DNA of 64,000 nucleotides from an uncultured Solirubrobacterales bacterium (GCA_963813115.1 CAWEXS010000001.1:477845-541844); one strand, 5' to 3'; positions 1 to 8,736 are shown, counted from the stretch's first letter. The notes: generated by a model from the sequence alone, not told the origin. A program made the numbers and translations.

Positions 1-122
1 AACGACGCTGTACGCATAATGGGTCCTGAATAGACTCGTCCGATCGCTTGATGAGACTTTGCTATGAAGGTTCCCGGTTTCTGGGGGCCTATGAACGTCG
101 ACACCACACATTGGAGGTGCGC

Positions 123-545
123 ATGACGCGGACCGATTTGATGGCCTCGAACAGGCCCCACGCAGTAGCAGCATCCAAGATCACCGGGCTCTCGCGTCGC
201 CGGGCCGCACGCGCGCTCGTCGCCGTGCCCGTGGCCCTCGCCCTGCTGGGACCCGCCACGCCGGCGTTGGCCCAGAGCAGCACCTCGGGCTACAGCCAGA
301 CCCCGCCCGTGACCACACCCTCGAACGGCACCGGGCCCTCGACCTCATCGAGCCCCGCCACGACCACCCCGGCGACCTCGCCGGCACCGGTGAGCCACGC
401 CACGGGCTCGCCCTCCAGCAGCTCGCAGCTGCCCTTCACGGGTCTCGACCTGCGTTGGATCGTCGGCGGCGGCGTGCTCCTGATCCTCGGCGGTCTGTCG
501 CTTCGCATGATGCAGCGCAAGGAAGGCAGCGGCCTCGGCCGCTAG
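123..545 (+). CDS. Secreted Ser/Thr/Pro-rich protein with LPXTG-type (LPFTG) sortase sorting signal
   Basis: GGAGG RBS before ATG123; signal peptide ending ALA-Q; low-complexity S/T/P linker; LPFTG followed by a hydrophobic helix and basic tail (RMMQRK). Confidence 0.8.
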   Translation: MTRTDLMASNRPHAVAASKITGLSRRRAARALVAVPVALALLGPATPALAQSSTSGYSQTPPVTTPSNGTGPSTSSSPATTTPATSPAPVSHATGSPSSSSQLPFTGLDLRWIVGGGVLLILGGLSLRMMQRKEGSGLGR

Positions 546-725
546 CACCCCATCGGGCCCCCGGGCGGCGGCGCATGCGTGCGTGTCCGCCCGGGTTGGC
601 CCCGGCGTAGTGCCGTAGTGCGCTTGCCGTGTGCGGGTGCGGTGACTTGTTGAGTTTCGGGGACGCATAGGACTCATCTGGCGGGGCGACGGTTGCCAAA
701 CTGTTTCCACAAGAACCCCGCTACG

Positions 726-751
726 TATATACCGGCAGAAAATGGTATATA
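726..751. promoter_or_regulatory. Inverted-repeat operator of the vapBC operon
   Basis: Perfect TATATACC-N10-GGTATATA immediately upstream of the vapB ATG; type II TA operons are typically autoregulated through such palindromes. Confidence 0.7.
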
Positions 752-759
752 TTGCCTTG

Positions 760-954
760 ATGGCCAAGCACCTAGTTGACATAGACGAGCAGGCCCTGCG
801 GGATGCGCGTACCCAACTAGGCGCCACCACGATCAAGGAGACGGTCAACCGTGCGCTGCGTCTGGCGGGTGGCGAGCACAGTGCGCAGGTAACGGAGCGC
901 CTGGACGTGCTCGCCCGCGCTGATCTGCTGCCGCGCGAGCAGGCATGGCGCTGA
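760..954 (+). CDS. vapB: VapB-type antitoxin
   Basis: 64 aa, 'KHLVDIDEQAL...TIKETVNRALR' RHH-like pattern; overlaps the PIN toxin gene. Confidence 0.85.
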   Translation: MAKHLVDIDEQALRDARTQLGATTIKETVNRALRLAGGEHSAQVTERLDVLARADLLPREQAWR

Positions 955-1358
955 CGCATCTCCTGGACACGAGCGTGTTGACCCGCCTGCGCGAGCGGGC
1001 TGTCCGGGAGGCAATCGAGAAGCGGGCACAGCGGGGCGAACTTGCTCGCGCTGGGATCAGCGACCTCGAGATTGGCTTCTCGGCACGTAACGACGCCGAG
1101 TGGGACTGCCTCGTCGGTGCCATGGAGGCCTTCGAGCTGGTGGAGAGCACGGCCGAGCACATGCGTCGCGCAAGGCAGGCCCAACGGCTTCTGGCCTCGC
1201 GCCGTCAACGAGGTCGGAAGATCCCCGACTTGCTGGTAGCCGCGGCTGCCGAGGCTCGCAGTCTCACGATCCTGCACTACGACACGGATTTCGACCTGAT
1301 TGCTGCGGCGACTGGACAAGCCTGCGAGTGGGTAGTGCCGGCCGGCTCGATTGACTGA
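945..1358 (+). CDS. vapC: VapC PIN-domain ribonuclease toxin
   Basis: PIN motifs LLDTSVL, E, 'IPDLLVAA', 'LHYDTDFD'. Confidence 0.92.
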   Translation: MALTHLLDTSVLTRLRERAVREAIEKRAQRGELARAGISDLEIGFSARNDAEWDCLVGAMEAFELVESTAEHMRRARQAQRLLASRRQRGRKIPDLLVAAAAEARSLTILHYDTDFDLIAAATGQACEWVVPAGSID

Positions 1359-1472
1359 GTCGCCCCGATTGCCTTGGGGGTCTTGCCACGGGACTGCTTG
1401 CATGAGCGCGAATCGGTGCTCCAAGTCGATTATGGGCGCCAACGGCATCCGGGGGCGCGCTACTCTGTTTCC

Positions 1473-1703
1473 GTGGCGTCCTCAATTGACTTCACGATCG
1501 CTTTCGATGAGCCCGACGAGGACGGCTGGATCGTCGCACGCGTGTTGGAGGTCCCGGGAGCCCTAAGCCAGGGCCGCACGCGCCAGGAGGCGCGGGAGAA
1601 CGTGCTCGACGCGCTGCGCACGGTGCTCACACCAGACGATGAGCTTGCCGGGCGAAGCTCGGGCGAGGATTTAGAGCATCTGCGGTTCGTCGCTGCGGCG
1701 TGA
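1473..1703 (+). CDS. hicB: HicB-family antitoxin (no C-terminal HTH)
   Basis: 'EDGWIVARVLEVPGALSQGRTRQEARENVLDAL' HicB fold motif; GTG1473 is the likely start; GTGA overlap with hicA. Confidence 0.85.
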   Translation: MASSIDFTIAFDEPDEDGWIVARVLEVPGALSQGRTRQEARENVLDALRTVLTPDDELAGRSSGEDLEHLRFVAAA

Positions 1704-1891
1704 AGCGCCGCGACCTAGAACGTCACCTCCGCGAGCAGGGTTGTCGGGAGGTTGGAGGCTCAAAGCACGCCAAGTGGCGTGGACCGAAGGGTGAGGTCTC
1801 GGCTATCCCACGTCACAAGGAGATTGGGGCGGGCCTGACCCGAGCCATATGCGAGCAACTCGGCGTTCCAGCACCGTCGAATCCGCGTTGA
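1700..1891 (+). CDS. hicA: HicA-family mRNA interferase toxin
   Basis: 'MKRRDLERHLREQG...GGSKHAKW...IPRHKEI' HicA pattern with catalytic His. Confidence 0.88.
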   Translation: MKRRDLERHLREQGCREVGGSKHAKWRGPKGEVSAIPRHKEIGAGLTRAICEQLGVPAPSNPR

Positions 1892-1986
1892 CTGCGGCCC
1901 AGCGGGGCGCATCATCTTGAGGGCCCCGAAAGGCGCTGGCAATGCCCGACTACGGTCGCTGGGAGTCCAGAGGACAGCTGAGCATC

Positions 1987-2021
1987 ACTAAACGGAACTA
2001 AAAGAACTAAAGACCACTAAA
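1987..2021 (+). repeat. Four phased ACTAAA direct repeats
   Basis: ACTAAA at 1987, 1997, 2006, 2016 (spacing 10/9/10), just upstream of the ATPase start. Confidence 0.85.
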
Positions 2022-2042
2022 GCGTGGTGGTAGGCTGCAGGG

Positions 2043-3182
2043 GTGGCCACCAATAATCCCTTCACGCCGACGTTCGGCTCGTCGCCGCCACTGCTCGCTG
2101 GGCGCGAGGAGCTGATCGAGCTGTTCGGCGAGGCACTCGACGACGGGCCCGGTTCGGCGGGGCGCGCGACGCTCTACACGGGAGCGCGCGGCACGGGCAA
2201 GACCGTGCTGCTCAACGCGATCGAGGACACCGCCCGGGCGCGTGGTTGGCTAGTCGTCGCCGAGACCGCGACGCCGGGGTTTCTCACCCGACTCACCGAT
2301 GATCATCTGCCGCGGTTGCTCGCCGAGCACGACCCGGACGCACTGAAGCGGCGCCTCAGGGGCTTCGGGCTGCCGGCGAACCTCGGCTCGCTCGACTGGC
2401 AGACCATCGAACGGCACACGCGCACGCTCTCTTTCCGCTCGAAGGTCGAGCTGCTGACAGACTTGCTCGCGGAGAACGAGACGGGGCTGCTGATCACACT
2501 CGATGAGCTCCACTACCGCCATGCGAACGAGCTGCGCGAGTTCGGGACGGTAGTGCAGCACGCGTTCCGCGAGCGCCGCGAGTTCGCGTTCGTGGGCGCC
2601 GCGTTGCCAGCCGCAATCGACGAGCTGCTCAACGACGAAGTTCTCACGTTCATGCGTCGCGCCGACCGCCACCATGTCGGAGCCGTCGCTGCCGCTGCTG
2701 TCAGGGAAGCGATTGCGCAGCCGATCGCGACGCGCGGGAGGTCGATCGCCGACGACGCCCTCGACGCGATGGTAGTCGCGACCGAGGGGTATCCGTTCTT
2801 CATCCAGCTCGTCGGCGATCAGGTGTGGCGCAAGGCTGGCGCTGCCGATGAGATCACGCTCTTAGCGGCGCAGGAGGGCATCACCGCCGCGCGGCGCCGG
2901 CTCGGTCAGCTCGTGCACGCGCCGGCGCTCGCCGAGGCCTCCGACGTCGACAAGTCGTTTCTTCTTGCGATGACCCAGGATGACGGCGCGTCGCTCCTCG
3001 GCGACATCGCCAAACGACTGAAAGTAGACTCAAACTACGCAGGCCAGTATCGGCTGCGACTGCTCGCGCATGAGCTGATCGCCCCCGCGGGATACGGGCG
3101 GGTCCAGTTCGCGCTCCCCTACCTGCGCGACTACCTGCGAGAGCACGCCGCCGCCCGTGGGCTGCCTGTGCAGCCCGGTTAA
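2043..3182 (+). CDS. AAA+/P-loop ATPase with C-terminal winged-helix domain
   Basis: N-terminal NPF...P..LAGRE, Walker A GARGTGKT, Walker B LLITLDELH, C-terminal HTH-like 'LLGDIAKRLKVDSNYAGQYRLRL'. Confidence 0.85.
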   Translation: MATNNPFTPTFGSSPPLLAGREELIELFGEALDDGPGSAGRATLYTGARGTGKTVLLNAIEDTARARGWLVVAETATPGFLTRLTDDHLPRLLAEHDPDALKRRLRGFGLPANLGSLDWQTIERHTRTLSFRSKVELLTDLLAENETGLLITLDELHYRHANELREFGTVVQHAFRERREFAFVGAALPAAIDELLNDEVLTFMRRADRHHVGAVAAAAVREAIAQPIATRGRSIADDALDAMVVATEGYPFFIQLVGDQVWRKAGAADEITLLAAQEGITAARRRLGQLVHAPALAEASDVDKSFLLAMTQDDGASLLGDIAKRLKVDSNYAGQYRLRLLAHELIAPAGYGRVQFALPYLRDYLREHAAARGLPVQPG

Positions 3183-3296
3183 CCGCAACGTGTCGGGTCG
3201 TCCTTCCTGCCCATCGCCGTCAATGTTGCCTTGCCGCTTTGGCTTCGTACTCATGACCACCTCCGCGAGCACCGCGGCTCTGGTCGGAGGTCTCTA

Positions 3297-3380
3297 TGCG
3301 GATGAGAGGACTCGAACCTCCACCGGGTTGCCCCGACACGGACCTGAACCGTGCGCGTCTACCAATTCCGCCACATCCGC
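3297..3380 (-). tRNA. tRNA-Leu(CAG)
   Basis: Reverse complement GCGGATGTGGCGGAATTGGTAGACGCGCACGGTT-CAG-GTCCGTG...GGTTCGAGTCCTCTCATCCGCA; long variable arm; CCA not encoded. Confidence 0.95.
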
Positions 3381-3482
3381 TGGTGGGGGCGAAGATATCG
3401 CACCCGCCGCCGGTGCCGCCGTCCGGCCGCCCCGGGGGCCACGGCCGATCGGGTTTTGCTAGCCTCGAACTGCCGTTAGCGA

Positions 3483-3555
3483 GCCGCCATCGTCTAGGGG
3501 ACTAGGACGCCGCCCTCTCACGGCGGTAACACGGGTTCGAATCCCGTTGGCGGTA
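3483..3555 (+). tRNA. tRNA-Glu(CTC)
   Basis: GCCGCCATCGTCTAGGGGACTAGGACGCCGCCCT-CTC-ACGGCGGTAACACGGGTTCGAATCCCGTTGGCGGTA; canonical Glu D-arm. Confidence 0.95.
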
Positions 3556-3740
3556 TTTTCTCAGCAGGCCCGGGTCCCGCAGGGGCGCCGGGCCCGCCCG
3601 GCTGCGGGCCGCCGGAGTGCTCGGGAGGCTCTGTTTGGCCTTCCTCCAAGCGGTCTTGGCAACTGTGTGTAGCCCTGTTTATACGGGCACAAAAGCGCGC
3701 GTTTCTGACCCGCGAAAGCGAATTCCGTGACACAACGTTT

Positions 3741-3758
3741 TATGAGTATCAACTCATA
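3741..3758. promoter_or_regulatory. Palindrome, putative operator upstream of the TetR-family gene
   Basis: Perfect TATGAGT-ATCA-ACTCATA in an A/T-richer intergenic region. Confidence 0.5.
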
Positions 3759-4052
3759 GGCGTCACGCGGCCAGTTTCTAATAAGTTAAACCGGCGGTCG
3801 TCGGTTTGTTCGAAATTGGGCCCAAAAGGGCCCGGCGGACGGCCTCGTTTGGGTACCGCAGAAGTCGGCCAATCGGAAGTAGGAGACGGGGCTCGACTTC
3901 CAGGCGTCAACCCATGAACCTCTCTGGTGTCGCTGAACGAGGTTCGCCGCGCAACCTCGCGATGTGATCCCACCGGGCGCCGTGGCCCAGATGGGCTGTT
4001 GGTGGTCGTTTCATCGTCGAACTGTTGAACAAGACTGGTAGGCACGAACAAG

Positions 4053-5048
4053 ATGGCTTCTAAGGATGAGACGCGCTTGAGGACCCTGAGGCTGCGTCCG
4101 GGTCCCAATGGCCTGCCACGTGGGCAGGTAACCGAGATTCAGCGCAGCAGGATGCTCACCGCCACCGTCGAGGCGGTCGAGGATGTCGGCTATGCAGGAC
4201 TGACCGTGGCACAGGTCATCAGTCGCGCCAAGGTGTCGCGCAAGACCTTCTATGACGTGTTCACCGACCGTGAGGACTGCTTCCTGGCGGCCTTCGATCA
4301 GGCGATCGCCCAGGCGAGCAACGCCGTAAGCGAGGGCTACGACGCTGACAGTGGCTGGCGTGAGGGCCTGCGAACCGGGTTGTTCGCGCTGCTCGCCTTC
4401 CTCGACGAGGAGCCCGGCCTGGCGCGGCTGTGCGTGGTCGAGGCGCTCGGCGCCGGGCCCCGCGTGCTGGAGCGGCGTGCCGAAGTCCTGGAAACCCTCA
4501 AGGAGGTCGTCGATCGAGGCCGGGACGAGGGTGGCGCCCGTTCGGCACGCAGCACCAGCGAGGCCCCCAACGTGACGGCCGAAGGGGTCGTCGGCGCCGT
4601 GTTCGCGGTCATCCATACCCGTCTGCTGGGTCGCGGAAACGAACGGCTCACCGACCTGCTCGGTCCCTTGATGAGCATGATCGTGCTGCCATATCTGGGC
4701 GCCCGGGTGGCCAGCAACGAGCTGACCCGCAGGCCCCCCAAGGTCTTCAGGCCCTCCCGCGCGCCACAGCGGATCAGCAAGGATCCCCTGGAGGGGCTGG
4801 AAATGCGCCTCACCTATCGCACCGTGCGGGTGCTGACCGTGATCGGCGATCGCCCCGGGACCAGCAACCGCGAGATCGCCGAAGAGTCCGGAATCTCCGA
4901 TCAGGGGCAGATCTCGAAGCTCCTGACCCGCCTGGAGCGGCTGGACCTGGTTCGAAATACCGGCGAGGGCCAGATTCGAGGCGCATCCAACGCGTGGCAT
5001 CTCACCGACCGTGGCGCGCAGGTCGAGCGGGCGACCCGCCCGCGTTGA
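4053..5048 (+). CDS. TetR/AcrR-family regulator with an additional C-terminal winged HTH
   Basis: N-terminal TetR HTH (GYAGLTVAQVISRAKVSRKTFY); C-terminal MarR-like wHTH (SNREIAEESGISDQGQISKLLTRLE...WHLTDRG). Confidence 0.85.
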   Translation: MASKDETRLRTLRLRPGPNGLPRGQVTEIQRSRMLTATVEAVEDVGYAGLTVAQVISRAKVSRKTFYDVFTDREDCFLAAFDQAIAQASNAVSEGYDADSGWREGLRTGLFALLAFLDEEPGLARLCVVEALGAGPRVLERRAEVLETLKEVVDRGRDEGGARSARSTSEAPNVTAEGVVGAVFAVIHTRLLGRGNERLTDLLGPLMSMIVLPYLGARVASNELTRRPPKVFRPSRAPQRISKDPLEGLEMRLTYRTVRVLTVIGDRPGTSNREIAEESGISDQGQISKLLTRLERLDLVRNTGEGQIRGASNAWHLTDRGAQVERATRPR

Positions 5049-5332
5049 TCCTCGCCCGGTTTTAGCTCCTCGCCCGATGGCAGGCGACGATCGGTCGTCC
5101 GGCCACACGATCTCGGGGTTGCGTTGAGGCCACCCTTAGGCGTTGCGTGGCGCCGGTGACAAAGCAGCCGTTAGACAGCGACATCCGGTAGCCGGCGGCA
5201 AGCATCCGCGCTCGCGCTCGCGCCCTCGCTCCAGGCCCGCGTATCTTTCCGAGCGTTTTGGTGGCCCCCGTCGGAGTTACTCCAGAGGGCCCTCAATCGA
5301 GTGGGCCGTCGGACCGACCAGGAGCCGCCGAG

Positions 5333-6274
5333 ATGACCCGATTCGTACAGTCGCCAGGACACTTTTGCCCACGAACGCTCGCTGTGGGGGTTGCGGGTTC
5401 GAGCGCTCCGCCCGAGCCCGTCGCGGGCGGCGTCGGGGAGGCGATCCTGGCCTGCTATCTGGACTCCGCCGGGCGACGCCGCGAGGTGCTGGCGCGCTCC
5501 GGTTCGGCCGGCAGCCTGCTCGTGCTCGATCGCGACGGCGCCACGCTCGATGATCGTCGCCTCGTCGCCCACCTGCCGCCCGACGAGCCCGCCGGGAATG
5601 CGGCGCTGATATGTCGCCACTACCTCCACGACGCTCCCCGCAGGCGCTGCCGGCACGTCACCGTGGAGGACACCGCGATCGTCCCGTTCGCCGCCGAAGA
5701 GCAGGAGCTTTATGCGGCAGCCCCGCCGGGCAGCGGCGAGTTGCACGACCGTCACGGCTGGACTTACCGTCTGGAGCCCCAGCCCCCCGAGTACCAGTGC
5801 TCGCAACTGCGCTGGTGTCGCAGCAAGCCTCGCGACCCTCTGGAGGCGCCCGTGGCGGTGAGCGTGCGCGAGGTGATCGGGGCGCTCGAAAGCTACCGCG
5901 CGGTGCGAGTGCTGACCGTCGCGGCGCTGGTGCGCCATCGCGGCGCGCGAGACGTCTCGGTCGTGCGCCTGCGCGCCGAGCTGGAGCGGGCCAATGCGAG
6001 CCGCATCCTGCTCAATCGTGGTCTGCGTCGGGCAGTGCTCACGGTTGTGCGTAGCCAGGACGTGAGTCTCAGCGAGATCGCCAGCCGCTGTGGACGGGTG
6101 AAGTACGACGCCCGCGGCAATCCCAGCGGGGAGACCAGCTGGCTCTCACGACGCGTGGGCCTCGCGCCCGAGGGTGGGCGGCACCTGACCACGCCCTGGA
6201 TCCACACCGAGGTGCTGGCCCTGATCGCGCGTCGCGGTCTCGGGCTCACCCCGCGCGAGGTCGAAGTCGACTGA
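5333..6274 (+). CDS. Hypothetical protein with a putative C-terminal XRE-like HTH
   Basis: Long ORF, first gene of the coupling-protein operon; C-terminus 'VSLSEIASRCG...SWLSRRVG...LALIARRGLGLTPREVE'; start could be 5258 or 5333. Confidence 0.7.
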   Translation: MTRFVQSPGHFCPRTLAVGVAGSSAPPEPVAGGVGEAILACYLDSAGRRREVLARSGSAGSLLVLDRDGATLDDRRLVAHLPPDEPAGNAALICRHYLHDAPRRRCRHVTVEDTAIVPFAAEEQELYAAAPPGSGELHDRHGWTYRLEPQPPEYQCSQLRWCRSKPRDPLEAPVAVSVREVIGALESYRAVRVLTVAALVRHRGARDVSVVRLRAELERANASRILLNRGLRRAVLTVVRSQDVSLSEIASRCGRVKYDARGNPSGETSWLSRRVGLAPEGGRHLTTPWIHTEVLALIARRGLGLTPREVEVD

Positions 6275-6289
6275 AGGCGGCCCCGACCG

Positions 6290-7954
6290 ATGTCCTCCCC
6301 CGATGCTCTCCCCGACCTGAGCGGCGGCCCGCTCGCGCCGGCTGTGCGGCTCGCTCACGCGGCGATCGGCGCCTGCGAGCACGTTGCTCTGGGTTGGGTT
6401 CTCGGTGTGCTCCTGGCCCGGCTCATGCGGCGCTCGCCCCTGCACTGGAGCTGGGCGCTGGTGGCGTTGGCCTGCGTGCTCGTGCTGCGAGCGCTGTTCG
6501 CGGGTGCGATCACGACGGTCCCGGCAGTCGCGCTGCTCATCGCCGCCGGGCGAGGTGCGCGCCACCACGGGAGGGATCTGATGGACGGGGCCGATCTCGG
6601 CCGGGCAGCGCGGGCGCGGGTGAGCCCGTTCCAGGCGCTCGGTCGTCGTCTGAGCAGCGCCCAATCTCGCCGGGGCCGCTTCACCCTGGCGGCGAGACTG
6701 CCGTGGCGGCGGATCGGTGCACCGGCGGATGGGTGGTGGCCGGTCGCGGACCGGCTGACCGTGGGCGAGGATGCTCGTGGGCGCCCCGTCGCGATCCCGC
6801 TGGGCGGTATCCACGGGGGTACGCACACGCTGGTCCTCGGCGCCTCTGGATCCGGCAAGACGGTCACCCAGGCCTGGATCGCCGTGCGTGCGATCGAGCA
6901 CGGGATGGGCGCCGTGGTCGTCGATCCCAAGGACGACCGCGACCTGCGCGCCGCGCTGCGAGACACCGCGCGCCGCGTGGGGCGGAGATTCGTCGAGTGG
7001 ACCCCGCAGGGCCCCTGGATCTACAACCCCTACGGTCGCGGTGGCGATACCGAGATCGCCGACAAGCTGCTCGCGGCCGAGCGTTTCACCGAGCCCCACT
7101 ACCTGCGCCAGGCCCAGCGCTATCTCGGCCACGAGGTGCGTGCCCTGCGCGCCGCCGGAGCCCACAGCAGCCTCGCGGCGCTCGTGCGCTACCTGGAGCC
7201 GCGCGAGCTGCGGGTGCTCGCTCGGGAGCTGGAACCGGAGCAGACGCTGCCGCTGAGGGCTTACCTCGACTCGCTCAGCGCCCGCCAGCTCGCCGATCTC
7301 ACCGGGGTGCGCGATCGGCTGGCGATCATCGCCGAGTCGGACATCGGGCGCTGGCTGGAGCCCCAGGCGCACGGTCCGCCGTCGTTCGACCTGCTGGAGA
7401 TCCTGCGCGAAGGGGCCGTGGCGTACTTCAGTCTGGAGTCCGACCGCCGTCCGCTGCTCACCCAGATGCTGGGCAGCGCGATCGTCCAGGACCTTCAGAC
7501 CACGGTCGCCGCCATGCAGGGAGCCCCAGTCGCCTCGCTCGCGGTGATTGACGAGTTCTCCGCCGTCGCGGCCGAGCAGGTGGCCAGGCTCTTCGGGCGT
7601 GCCCGCGCCGCCGGCATGAGCCTGCTGCTGGGCACGCAGGAGCTGTCCGATCTCAGGCTCCCGGGGCGTGAGCTGCTGTTGGAGCAGGTGCTCGGCAACG
7701 TCTCAAGCGTGATCGCTCATCGCCAGGTGGTCCCCGCTTCGGCGGACCTCATCGCGCAGCTGGCCGGAACGGCGGGCTCCTGGAAGACATCCTGGGCCCA
7801 CGACGGCAGATTCACGCGCACTCGCGTGCGCGAGCCGCTGCTGCGCGCCGAGGAGCTTGCGGGACTGGCCCGCGGCCGCGCCGCGGTGATCACGCTCTCG
7901 GAGGGGACGAACGTCAGGCTTGCCCAGATCCACTCGATCTCCGCCCGTGGTTGA
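6290..7954 (+). CDS. Type IV coupling protein (VirD4/TraD/TrwB family)
   Basis: N-terminal TM helices, Walker A GASGSGKT, 'VVVDPK', Walker B LAVIDEF, 'ARAAGMSLLLGTQ', 'LGNVSSVIAHR'. Confidence 0.9.
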   Translation: MSSPDALPDLSGGPLAPAVRLAHAAIGACEHVALGWVLGVLLARLMRRSPLHWSWALVALACVLVLRALFAGAITTVPAVALLIAAGRGARHHGRDLMDGADLGRAARARVSPFQALGRRLSSAQSRRGRFTLAARLPWRRIGAPADGWWPVADRLTVGEDARGRPVAIPLGGIHGGTHTLVLGASGSGKTVTQAWIAVRAIEHGMGAVVVDPKDDRDLRAALRDTARRVGRRFVEWTPQGPWIYNPYGRGGDTEIADKLLAAERFTEPHYLRQAQRYLGHEVRALRAAGAHSSLAALVRYLEPRELRVLARELEPEQTLPLRAYLDSLSARQLADLTGVRDRLAIIAESDIGRWLEPQAHGPPSFDLLEILREGAVAYFSLESDRRPLLTQMLGSAIVQDLQTTVAAMQGAPVASLAVIDEFSAVAAEQVARLFGRARAAGMSLLLGTQELSDLRLPGRELLLEQVLGNVSSVIAHRQVVPASADLIAQLAGTAGSWKTSWAHDGRFTRTRVREPLLRAEELAGLARGRAAVITLSEGTNVRLAQIHSISARG

Positions 7955-8675
7955 GCGCGTGCAGCCCAGTGCCGCTCGCATCGCGCTGCTGGAGTGGGTG
8001 GCCCGCCTCGGCGTGGTCACCGCCGAGGCGCTCGCCACACGGCGGGGAGTGGAGCTGGGCACGGCAACGAGTCAGCTCGCCGCCGCCGAGCACGCCGGGC
8101 TGCTCCTCCGCCGTCGAGTTCTGACGGGGAGACCCGCGCTGTACACGCCCACCAGCGCCGGGATGCGGGCCGTCGCCGAGCCCGCCTCGGCCCCCTGCCG
8201 GGTCAATCCCGCCAACGCCCGGCACCTGATCGCCTGCGCGGCCGTGGCTGCGATGCTTGAACGTCTCTATCCCGAGCATCGGGTGCAGGGCGAGCGCCGG
8301 CTCCGCAGAGACGAGCGCGTCGCCGGCCGCCAACTCGCCAGCACACGCCTGCCTCGTCCGGGGCGAGTTGAGGCGTCGCATCATCCGGACCTCGCCGTCT
8401 GGCCCCCGCCTGCCACCGGCCTCGGGCCGGTCGCGGTCGAGGTCGAGCTGACCGTCAAGGGGGCGCCTCACCTGACCGAGATCTGCGAGGCCTGGGCGGC
8501 GAGCCGCTGCGTGGCGGGCGTCCTCTACGTCGTGGCCCCCGAAGTCGAGCGTCCCCTGACCCGAGCGATCGGGGCGGTGGCCGGGCAGCGGCGCATCGCG
8601 GTGGTAAGGCTCGACGCGTTCATCGCCCACTCGACGGGACGAAGGATTCAGCGAACCGTCTCAAGCGCGCCCTAA
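7947..8675 (+). CDS. Replication-relaxation (MOB_C-like) relaxase: wHTH + PD-(D/E)XK domain
   Basis: N-terminal wHTH; PD-x16-EVELTVK-x3-H fits the MOB_C signature D-x6-17-E-x-E-[RL]-x2-K; overlaps the T4CP stop. Confidence 0.8.
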   Translation: MVERVQPSAARIALLEWVARLGVVTAEALATRRGVELGTATSQLAAAEHAGLLLRRRVLTGRPALYTPTSAGMRAVAEPASAPCRVNPANARHLIACAAVAAMLERLYPEHRVQGERRLRRDERVAGRQLASTRLPRPGRVEASHHPDLAVWPPPATGLGPVAVEVELTVKGAPHLTEICEAWAASRCVAGVLYVVAPEVERPLTRAIGAVAGQRRIAVVRLDAFIAHSTGRRIQRTVSSAP

Positions 8676-8736
8676 ATTCGTGAGATGGGGATCGAACACG
8701 ATGGGGATCAAACACGGCAGGCAAAGGAGCAAATCG

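Noticed and set aside
3297-3555. tRNA genes lacking an encoded CCA
   Set aside because: Common in Actinobacteria, where CCA is added post-transcriptionally.
3850-3960. c-di-AMP (ydaO) or c-di-GMP riboswitch upstream of the TetR gene
   Set aside because: Only a short CCGCAGAA resemblance; the conserved GGGGA(A/C)CC and CCCGTCAGCTAAC segments are absent.
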